In this document: positions 19,682 through 26,415 of the stretch, in pieces
Numbering within the stretch: the stretch's first letter is position 1
How the letters are laid out: each line of letters begins with the position of its first letter
Virus record (IMG/VR): IMGVR_UViG_3300025626_000097
Span: 1-29,216 of that record
Length of the DNA stretch: 29,216 nucleotides
Strand: one strand, 5' to 3'
Origin: a virus
Taxonomy: Duplodnaviria > Caudoviricetes
Program-made: the position numbers and the translations under genes
The notes under the pieces: generated by a model
Told to the model about the DNA's origin: nothing
The model's database searches: none
Seen by the model: the letters and a program-made list of their open reading frames with translations, nothing else

Positions 19682-20731
19682 TTAAAAAATAATACTGTAA
19701 AGCAATGCTTTATTTCTGCTTACCAGTTCGTCTGCTGTGCCATCGGAGTTTATAAAGAACAAACCTGTTCCACCGTCGGCTAATGTTTTACTATATAGTG
19801 TTGTGCCTTCTGCAGGCGGTGATGCTGGATCAGCTTGTACTGTAAAGTTTTGCCAACCATCTAATGATACTACACCTGTACCTGAACCTTTTAAAACAAT
19901 GTCACTGTTAATACCATTGCTAGTAATAATGTTATCGTCAAAGCGTAAATCTTCAAACTCAACTCTAGTTTCGTAGAATGTAGCAATTGTTGCATCGTCA
20001 GATTTAATTTCAACTCTACTTGTGCCGCCGCCAGTTTCGCTATCATACACTTGTACACTAGTTGGTGATATCGAGCCAGTTGTGATTTTATCTTGGAAGT
20101 TATATGTAAAATAACCTTTTACATAATCAAGCAAACCTCTTGCGTTAACAAGCGCATCATCGTCTACTGGCGCAGATAATCCGTCTACTTCCGAAGGGTT
20201 AGCTGTAATGTCGCTGCCGGTGTATGCCCATATTTGTTTTTCGTAGTCGGTTGTACCAGCGACACTAGCAACACCAGTGCCGCCGCCAATTAAATACAAG
20301 TCTTGGTTTGTATCTGTAACAATACTACTAGTATGGATGCCTGCATAATCGCCAGTGGATAGTTTAAAAATAAACGCACCTTCATTAACAGGCTCTGCAC
20401 CATTGCGTATGGTCTTTATATCTTCATCATAGAAGATTCTTGCATTATTCGCATCAGGGCCGCGATCAATTATAATACCAGCACCTTTACCGAAGCCATC
20501 ACTTAAATCAGTGATACCTCCATCGCCGCCTGGATCGCCGTTGTTGATTGTAATAGTTTTATCATCAACTACTAACTCAGACGACCCAATACTAGTTTGG
20601 TCGCCTAATACATCCAAGTCACCATTGATGGTAACTTTACCTGTAAATCCAGTATCGAGATAGATCTCTCCAGCTGTGTTTACAGTGATTGTGTACTTGT
20701 CAGTACCTATGCGATTAATGCGTTCAGCCAT
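19682..20731 (-). CDS. Beta-rich putative virion/fibre-associated protein (349 aa)
   Basis: TAAGGAG Shine-Dalgarno. The segment INGDLDVLGDQTSIGSSELVVDDKTITIN...GAGIIIDRG resembles VTGDLTVNGDTTTINSTTLTVDDLNIVV...GAGITVDG in giant B (about 2080-2220). Confidence 0.78.
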   Translation of the reverse strand: MAERINRIGTDKYTITVNTAGEIYLDTGFTGKVTINGDLDVLGDQTSIGSSELVVDDKTITINNGDPGGDGGITDLSDGFGKGAGIIIDRGPDANNARIFYDEDIKTIRNGAEPVNEGAFIFKLSTGDYAGIHTSSIVTDTNQDLYLIGGGTGVASVAGTTDYEKQIWAYTGSDITANPSEVDGLSAPVDDDALVNARGLLDYVKGYFTYNFQDKITTGSISPTSVQVYDSETGGGTSRVEIKSDDATIATFYETRVEFEDLRFDDNIITSNGINSDIVLKGSGTGVVSLDGWQNFTVQADPASPPAEGTTLYSKTLADGGTGLFFINSDGTADELVSRNKALLYSIIF

Positions 20732-20741
20732 TTAAGACTCC

Positions 20742-21143
20742 TTAAACCGCAGTTAATACAATATAGTCGTTAGTTGAATCGTTTTCTAATTCCCAAGTAT
20801 ATCTATTGCCCGAAAAGTCAGTAGCAACACGCTTTGTAATTTTTGCAATGTTAACTTCTGCACCCGAGTTTGATCCTACATAACCAAACAAACGCATTTC
20901 GCCAGCTGCTGCTGGTTCTGCATTTACAAGAGTTGCAGTTGTTGTACTTGTTGAATCTTTTAGGTTAGTTGTATCTAAGTTAGCTTCTTGTGCTACAACG
21001 AAAGTTTTTGCTCCACGTTGCTTTACAATGCCGCCATCTGTTCTTAATGATGCATCGTAAAATTCTACTCTTATACCAGTGTTGCTAGTTGCTTCACCGA
21101 TTACATTAACACCTAATATGTCTTTACTTAATGGACGTCCCAT
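20742..21143 (-). CDS. Hypothetical, probably structural protein (133 aa, MGRPLSKD...)
   Basis: I moved the start from 21191 to the ATG at 21143, which has AAAGGAG 7 nt upstream. The longer 5' extension runs through a structured leader. Confidence 0.8.
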   Translation of the reverse strand: MGRPLSKDILGVNVIGEATSNTGIRVEFYDASLRTDGGIVKQRGAKTFVVAQEANLDTTNLKDSTSTTTATLVNAEPAAAGEMRLFGYVGSNSGAEVNIAKITKRVATDFSGNRYTWELENDSTNDYIVLTAV

Positions 21144-21164
21144 GTTGTTTCTCCTTTGACGTTC

Positions 21165-21223
21165 TAGGTCTACGCAGATGGTATTCTGCATAAGTCCTCA
21201 TTATTGAGGCCCGTTTATACCTA
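21165..21223 (-). promoter_or_regulatory. Candidate three-way-junction cis-regulatory RNA in the 5' leader of the fibre operon
   Basis: P1 TAGGT(21223-21219)/ACCTA(21169-21165) encloses P2 CCTCA-ATAA-TGAGG (21209-21196) and P3 TATGCAGA-ATACCA-TCTGCGTA (21192-21171). It sits between a late promoter and the Shine-Dalgarno. Confidence 0.55.
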
Positions 21224-21229
21224 CAATAG

Positions 21230-21237
21230 TATTTATC
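21230..21237 (-). promoter_or_regulatory. T4-type late promoter GATAAATA for the 21143-9932 operon
   Basis: 7 of 8 match to TATAAATA, intergenic, about 87 nt upstream of the ATG at 21143. Confidence 0.75.
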
Positions 21238-21260
21238 CTTTTTCTAATATTGGGTTATTA

Positions 21261-21458
21261 TCAGGATATCTTTCTTAAGTTTTCGGCATAACGTTTACCG
21301 TTGCGTAATACGTGATCGTATTCTACATGATCTCCAAGTTTGCAATCAAAACTTACTGTAGTAAAAAGTACATCTTGAAGATTTGTTTTCCAGTCTTTGG
21401 GTCTAATGACACTAAACTTTCTAACTTTGTTGTATTTGTATATAGTTCCTGTTGGCAT
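21261..21458 (-). CDS. Divergent cold-shock-domain (OB-fold) protein (65 aa)
   Basis: Start moved to MPTGTIYKYN, with GGAGGAG upstream. The layout TGTIYKYN-KVRKFSVIRP...DVLF...LGDHVEY...GKRYAENL parallels the CspA pattern TGxVKWFNxxKGFGFIxP...DVFVH...GxxVxF...KGxxAxNV. Confidence 0.65.
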   Translation of the reverse strand: MPTGTIYKYNKVRKFSVIRPKDWKTNLQDVLFTTVSFDCKLGDHVEYDHVLRNGKRYAENLRKIS

Positions 21459-21478
21459 GTTGATATCACTCCTCCAAG

Positions 21479-21486
21479 TACTTATC
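21479..21486 (-). promoter_or_regulatory. Variant late promoter GATAAGTA for the cold-shock-like gene
   Basis: One mismatch from GATAAATA, placed between the capsid-gene terminator and the Shine-Dalgarno of 21458. Confidence 0.45.
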
Positions 21487-21488
21487 AT

Positions 21489-21515
21489 AAAAATAGGCCC
21501 CGTAGGGCCTATTTT
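21489..21515 (-). terminator. Intrinsic terminator after the major capsid gene
   Basis: Minus strand reads AAAATAGGCCC-TACG-GGGCCTATTTTT, a perfect stem with a cUACGg (UNCG) tetraloop and T tract, 20 nt after the stop. Confidence 0.92.
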
Positions 21516-21535
21516 AAAAGTATGTAAGTTTAAAC

Positions 21536-22708
21536 TTAACTGAAGCTTAGGTTGCCTGCATTTACTTCTACTTTTTCCAAGTAGTCAGCTGCATTACCTA
21601 GAGACGAAGCAGTGTTCGATAGCTCAACATATCCATAACGTGTCATGAACGAAACTGTTGGCTCGAATGTGCCTGGATCTAGGACAACACCTGAAGACAT
21701 AAGTGGGATGTATGGGCAATAGAATGCTGCTGCATCTGATTCACTTGAACCTTTGTATCCAACTAGTACATCATCATCTGATGCATATGTGTTTACGTAG
21801 ATCTTCATTGCGTTGTTCAATGTACCAACCATTTTAGTATTAGTTGGTGCTTCAAAAGTACCTTCAGTTGTACGTGCAAATGCTGAAGTTGTAGCACTTT
21901 GTAGAACTGTTAGGATTGCTGGTGATACAACTGCCCAGTTACCTGCGCCACGACGTGTACGCTGTGCGATGCGGTTAGCTGCACGGTTAACTAGTACTGC
22001 AAGTGCAGCATGTTCGTCACCAACAAAAGTTGCTGTACCACTAACTGCTGCTTGGTTATAAGTATCTGTACCTGTACCAGCTAGTGTGTTAAGAGATGCT
22101 AGGACCTCTTGGTCAATCTCAGCAGTAATCTCTTGAGCAAGTGCTGCCATGATTTCTGCTTCAACGTCGATGCCGTGCTGTGACTGTGCGTCTTGTGCGG
22201 CTTCGAATGTCCAACGTGCTGATAGCTTACGTGTTTTAGCTTCAACAGTTTGCTTCATGATCTGGATACTTAGTCTGTTTCCAGCTGCGCCTTCAAGTGC
22301 CGCTGTTGCATCTGCTTTTGCAGTTGTAGCGTTACCTGAATATGCTTCAGCAATTTTGAACGGTGATAGTGCTTCTTCACCAGCAACTGCGCCAGCTGCG
22401 CCTGTGCCTGCTGTGTCGCTGTAGCGAACACGTAGCGTGTGAATTTGACCAACTGGGCCAGTCATTGGCTGAACACCAACAATTTCGTTAGCGATAACAG
22501 TTGGCATAACACGTCTGATCACTGGGAGGATCACACGGTTAAGTGTTGCGATGTTACCGGCAGATGTAGCACCAGCAGTAGCAGTCTCAGATAGATAACG
22601 ACGAGTGTTTTCTAGTGTTGAGGCCATTACAGCTTTCTTGTTGCCTTGTAGGCCTTCAAGTAGTGCGGTTTTCGTATCCTGCCAGCGGGATTCTAGTAGT
22701 TCTGACAT
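21536..22708 (-). CDS. gp23: Major capsid protein, T4 gp23-like (390 aa)
   Basis: Motifs IRRVMPTVIANEIVGVQPMTGPVGQI, VEAKTRKLSARWTFEAAQD, EITAEIDQE, GYKGSSESDAAAFYCPYIPL and FEPTVSFMTRYG. AAGGAG Shine-Dalgarno. Confidence 0.97.
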   Translation of the reverse strand: MSELLESRWQDTKTALLEGLQGNKKAVMASTLENTRRYLSETATAGATSAGNIATLNRVILPVIRRVMPTVIANEIVGVQPMTGPVGQIHTLRVRYSDTAGTGAAGAVAGEEALSPFKIAEAYSGNATTAKADATAALEGAAGNRLSIQIMKQTVEAKTRKLSARWTFEAAQDAQSQHGIDVEAEIMAALAQEITAEIDQEVLASLNTLAGTGTDTYNQAAVSGTATFVGDEHAALAVLVNRAANRIAQRTRRGAGNWAVVSPAILTVLQSATTSAFARTTEGTFEAPTNTKMVGTLNNAMKIYVNTYASDDDVLVGYKGSSESDAAAFYCPYIPLMSSGVVLDPGTFEPTVSFMTRYGYVELSNTASSLGNAADYLEKVEVNAGNLSFS

Positions 22709-22720
22709 TGGTTTCTCCTT

Positions 22721-23815
22721 TTATAATCCAGCTAGACGTTTTAGATCGACTACATTGTTTGAGTCTACGTCTGCTTGTATGTCATTGGTTTGTGTTCTGT
22801 TGCCTGTTACTTCTTTGCCTTCTGCTAGTACTGCCTTCTTCTTCGCTGGACTGTTATCGTTGATAACCGATGGTAAGTATTTGTCAAACTGTGAGCGTAG
22901 CTTTGTAGTTTGTACTGATTCCAGTAAGTCTGTCATAATATCACGTTGATCTGTACTCAATGGTGAGATCAAACTGCTGATAATATCTTTGCGTGAGTTT
23001 GACTCAGTGATCGCTTTGACCTCATTCGTCTTACTTTCTGCAATTTTAATCGCTTTGGCTGCTGCTGTACGTGCTTCTACAATCTGTTTATTTTTTGTAT
23101 CTACAACTTTAAGCAGTTTTGAGGTTTCTGAATTCTCATTCAAATAACTCATTTGATATTCGTTAGCAAATGCTTCGAATAGCTTGCGGCCAAAATCGTT
23201 TTCACGTGCTTGATCAATATCTTCTTTAAGTGCTGAAATTTCTTTCTTAAGTCCTTTTGACACTGCTTCTGATACTAATGCTGCACTTTTCTTAATAAAG
23301 TCTGATTTGACTTTGTTAACGTGAGCTTTGCCTTCACGTACTAAACGTACTTTTGTTTCGGCAAGGTCTTTCTTATCTTCGTAAAACTCTGCAAGTTCTT
23401 TTGCAAGTGATTCTACTACAAACTCTTCTAGGGCAACAAACTTGTCAGCTGTTACTTTTTGATCTGAATGTAGTTCCTTAATTTCGCGAGCTAGTTGCTC
23501 GGAAACAAAGTTTTTCATAAGATTGGCATTTTTACGCTGTGCAACTGCAAATTTAGCTTTCGCTTCTGCTAGTTGCTTACGATCATCGTGGAACTCTGCA
23601 ATTTCTTCTGCTAGTTTTTCATTTAACATTGCATCAATGGCTTCCACCATTGTTGTTTTGTCATGCTGATACTTTTTAGCAAATTCTTCACGTAGTTCTG
23701 CGGTGGCCTGTAAACGATTTTCGTTTACTTTTGCGTTCCATGCTTCTTCTAATTCTGAACGCACTTCTTCCGATAGTGCTGAGTTTTCGAAGAGTGATTT
23801 TAGTTGGTCTAACAT
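22721..23815 (-). CDS. gp22: Prohead core scaffolding protein, T4 gp22-like (364 aa)
   Basis: Coiled-coil E/K/A-rich sequence lying between protease and capsid genes as in T4. It carries many L/I-x-E sites and has an AGGAG Shine-Dalgarno. Confidence 0.85.
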   Translation of the reverse strand: MLDQLKSLFENSALSEEVRSELEEAWNAKVNENRLQATAELREEFAKKYQHDKTTMVEAIDAMLNEKLAEEIAEFHDDRKQLAEAKAKFAVAQRKNANLMKNFVSEQLAREIKELHSDQKVTADKFVALEEFVVESLAKELAEFYEDKKDLAETKVRLVREGKAHVNKVKSDFIKKSAALVSEAVSKGLKKEISALKEDIDQARENDFGRKLFEAFANEYQMSYLNENSETSKLLKVVDTKNKQIVEARTAAAKAIKIAESKTNEVKAITESNSRKDIISSLISPLSTDQRDIMTDLLESVQTTKLRSQFDKYLPSVINDNSPAKKKAVLAEGKEVTGNRTQTNDIQADVDSNNVVDLKRLAGL

Positions 23816-23835
23816 TTTTTTATATCCTCTCCTAG

Positions 23836-24462
23836 TTAGCGGAGTTTGCTTATTACATCTAATAAGCTCTCTTTTAAATATTTCTGTGCCTTTTTGTCGC
23901 CTTGTACTTCCCTAGATGCTTGGAATGCCTTATAACCTCCGCGGGTATTCATAAGGTGTTCATAGATTGGTGTTGGGTAGGCGCCCGGAGCACTAGGCTG
24001 GGCAACTACATCTACAGTAATAATTTCAAAATCAGCAACGTTGCCGCTACCATCTTCGCTTACATTACCGCTACCACGCGATGAAACACCTAATTTAACT
24101 CCGCTTTCAAGCATTGTTTTAACTAGTTGTCCCATCGGTGTTGGTAGTATTTTTAGTTTACCATAACCGTTTGGGCCGTCCATCCACATATCTGTGATCA
24201 TATGGCTTACGCGGTCTATGTTAATATTAAGTCCTTCTGGATGATCTACTTCGCCTAAGACTGAGAAACCGTTGCCAATTTGCTCATTGAGCGTGGTGAC
24301 AGCCCTGCTAATCTCATTCACGGGATAGACACGCTGGTTTGCGTTGCGTACTCCGCCTTGAATACAAATGCCTTTCATAAAAAGATCTTTGCCTTCATTA
24401 GCAGACTCAACAATCACTCTGGCTTGGTCAAAACTCAGACTCTCACTTAGTAAATTCATCAT
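23836..24462 (-). CDS. gp21: Prohead maturation protease, T4 gp21-like (208 aa)
   Basis: Motifs RNANQRVYP, LGEVDHP, RVSH, LGVSSRGSG and DVVAQPSAPGAY, plus synteny with gp22 and gp23. Confidence 0.95.
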   Translation of the reverse strand: MMNLLSESLSFDQARVIVESANEGKDLFMKGICIQGGVRNANQRVYPVNEISRAVTTLNEQIGNGFSVLGEVDHPEGLNINIDRVSHMITDMWMDGPNGYGKLKILPTPMGQLVKTMLESGVKLGVSSRGSGNVSEDGSGNVADFEIITVDVVAQPSAPGAYPTPIYEHLMNTRGGYKAFQASREVQGDKKAQKYLKESLLDVISKLR

Positions 24463-24468
24463 CAGTCC

Positions 24469-25464
24469 TTATGTTGCTCTTTTTGGAGCACCGTTTAGAG
24501 GTGAACTTGCACCCTTATCGGCTGTCTCTGGCTTTGACTTCTTTTCAGCGCCGTGACCAGGTTGCGATGCTAATTTAGTAGCACCTTTTGCACCAGGAAC
24601 GTTTACGTTCTTGGTATTCATTGGCTTTGCTGTTGGAGCAGATAGTCCACCTTGTGTTCCGCCTGTTCCGCCATCGCCGCCTTTAACTATGTTAGCACTT
24701 GTGCCGCCCATGTTGTTTGGCTTTGCCATTGGTGATTTTGCGTTTGCTCCATTGTCGCCCATTTTGGCTGGTGCTACTTTGTCTGCATATTCACGCATTA
24801 CTTCACTTGCTGACTTTGGTGTTTTTGATTCTTCAACTTCGTCGTCAGTTGTTTCAAAAGCATATGCTTCTTCAGCTTCTTCTTCGTCGCCTTCTTCTGA
24901 ATCCATGTCCATTGGCATTTCGCCGTCCATGTCCATGTCCATTCCACCTTCTTCACCTTCTTCACCTTCATCGCCATCTTCGTCGCCCATCATGGTTTCG
25001 AATTCTGCTTTTAATGCTTCTAGCTCGTCTTCTAAGTCAGCAACACGATCTTCTACGTCACCTTCTTCGTCGCCCATGCCGTCACCCATTTCTGGTTCCA
25101 TGCCCATGTCCATTTCGCCTTCTTCATCACCGGATGGCATTTCAATGTCCATTCCTAGTTCGTCAGCTGGATCACCTTCGCCAAAGAAGCCTTCTTCTAC
25201 TTCTTCGTCTGTGGTTTCTTCTAGGTCTGCATCTTCATCAGTTGCTTCATCTAGTTCTTCATCTTCATCTACTTCTTCGTCAGATGCTTCATCAACTTCT
25301 TCATCAGTTGTTTCTTCTACTTCTTCATCTTCGTCTTCTAGTAGTGATTCGTAAATGTCTCTTGATTTCTCTACAACGATTTCGTGGAATAGTGCTTCTG
25401 CACCTTCTTTGTCTTCGTTTACGAGACGCTCAAGCATTTCTTCAAACTTGTTGCGATCAGTCAT
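24469..25464 (-). CDS. Highly acidic, low-complexity prohead core/scaffold-like protein (331 aa)
   Basis: Start moved to MTDRNKFEE (ATG 25464, AAGGAG Shine-Dalgarno). It has D/E runs (EETTDEEVDE repeats), a short coiled coil (VEDRVADLEDELEALKAEFE) and a K/G/P-rich tail. It occupies the position of T4 gp67/gp68. Confidence 0.8.
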   Translation of the reverse strand: MTDRNKFEEMLERLVNEDKEGAEALFHEIVVEKSRDIYESLLEDEDEEVEETTDEEVDEASDEEVDEDEELDEATDEDADLEETTDEEVEEGFFGEGDPADELGMDIEMPSGDEEGEMDMGMEPEMGDGMGDEEGDVEDRVADLEDELEALKAEFETMMGDEDGDEGEEGEEGGMDMDMDGEMPMDMDSEEGDEEEAEEAYAFETTDDEVEESKTPKSASEVMREYADKVAPAKMGDNGANAKSPMAKPNNMGGTSANIVKGGDGGTGGTQGGLSAPTAKPMNTKNVNVPGAKGATKLASQPGHGAEKKSKPETADKGASSPLNGAPKRAT

Positions 25465-25497
25465 GTTATTCTCCTTTATTAGCAAGGCTGTCTATTA

Positions 25498-25505
25498 TAT
25501 TTACA
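25498..25505 (-). promoter_or_regulatory. Variant late promoter TGTAAATA for the scaffold-protease-capsid operon
   Basis: 7 of 8 match to TATAAATA, intergenic, 34 nt upstream of the ATG at 25464. Confidence 0.55.
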
Positions 25506-25561
25506 CTTAATTGAAAATATAGGTGTTAAACGGGCTCAAAACAGCTCGTTTTATAATTATC

Positions 25562-26155
25562 TTATTGAAAATTCTTGTTAAAATCTTCAAATGTTATATG
25601 TGTTAGGTTAGATAACTCTCTTAAATGATCTGGTATATAGTCTTCTAGAGAGGTTAACACTCGATAGTATTTAGTCTTTGGATGTTGATTTATACACATC
25701 ATTGTTTGTCTTTGCCAGTTTCCGTAATAAGTTGCTCTATCGTTAACGTTTTTGTAGTTTTTACTACCTGCATATATATTGTTAACTAGCTGATTAGTAT
25801 CACCTAGTCCAACATAATCAAATCCAAATATATATACTTCCTTGTGGTTGTTTTGAGATGCAAGCAATAGTGCAGTTGGACCACTACTCCATCCTTTGTT
25901 TGGATTCATAATATTTATATTAGGGGTTCTTTCGGTTAGTCTATTACGATTAGACCAAACACTGTGTTCCATTTGATATAGTTTTTCACTAAGTTCTATT
26001 ATCATTTTAGTATCAACACATACTAAATGATCTGGAACAAATTCTCTGTACAACGCATTACATCCATACGTTGTACCTTTTGTTTTTAATGTGTGTAGAT
26101 TAAGAGACTTCCTACTAGTGCCGTTGCCTAGTACAAACGCAATTTTATCAGACAT
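25562..26155 (-). CDS. Maf/DUF115 (MptE-like) or GT29/GT42 sialyltransferase-fold enzyme, putative glycosyltransferase (197 aa)
   Basis: Motifs AFVLGNGTSR, YGCNALY, PDHLVCVD, SSGPTALLLA and EVYIFGFD match the shared pattern of this Rossmann-like superfamily. The start overlaps the upstream stop (TAATG). Confidence 0.7.
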   Translation of the reverse strand: MSDKIAFVLGNGTSRKSLNLHTLKTKGTTYGCNALYREFVPDHLVCVDTKMIIELSEKLYQMEHSVWSNRNRLTERTPNINIMNPNKGWSSGPTALLLASQNNHKEVYIFGFDYVGLGDTNQLVNNIYAGSKNYKNVNDRATYYGNWQRQTMMCINQHPKTKYYRVLTSLEDYIPDHLRELSNLTHITFEDFNKNFQ

Positions 26156-26403
26156 TAGATCCCGCCGGCGGCTGCTTGTGCTGCTAGACCGTACATTTGT
26201 CTAACATAATTAAGATCCTTGGCTTTTTGTTTGGTATGTGAATCGGCTGCTTTACGGGCACGATTGATATCTTTTAGAGATAACCTGCTTTTACGACTGT
26301 CGTCAACTTTAACAACACTAGTGTCGTCTTCAGAATTATAAGTCTGGTCCTCTACAGGTTCCATTGTGTCTTTATCAAAGTAATATAGTTCTCTAAGTAT
26401 CAT
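26155..26403 (-). CDS. Small putative prohead/internal head protein (82 aa, MILREL...)
   Basis: Start moved to the ATG at 26403, which avoids overlap with the portal gene. It has an N-terminal L-x-E and a basic helical C-terminal half (RKSRLSLKDINRARK), and lies directly after the portal. Confidence 0.75.
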   Translation of the reverse strand: MILRELYYFDKDTMEPVEDQTYNSEDDTSVVKVDDSRKSRLSLKDINRARKAADSHTKQKAKDLNYVRQMYGLAAQAAAGGI

Positions 26404-26407
26404 AATG

Positions 26408-26415
26408 TATTTATA
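26408..26415 (-). promoter_or_regulatory. Perfect T4 late promoter TATAAATA overlapping the portal stop codon
   Basis: Minus strand reads ...ACGA-TATAAATA-CATT-ATG. The TAA of the portal gene (26413-26411) lies inside the motif. Confidence 0.7.

Noticed and set aside
9780-21170. Short GACCT/ACCTA words shared by the two structured leaders
   Set aside because: Five-nucleotide matches are too short to distinguish from chance, and the predicted folds differ.
21165-21223. Hammerhead ribozyme or tRNA-like reading of the three-stem leader
   Set aside because: It has no CUGANGA or GAAA core and no T-loop, acceptor stem or CCA end.
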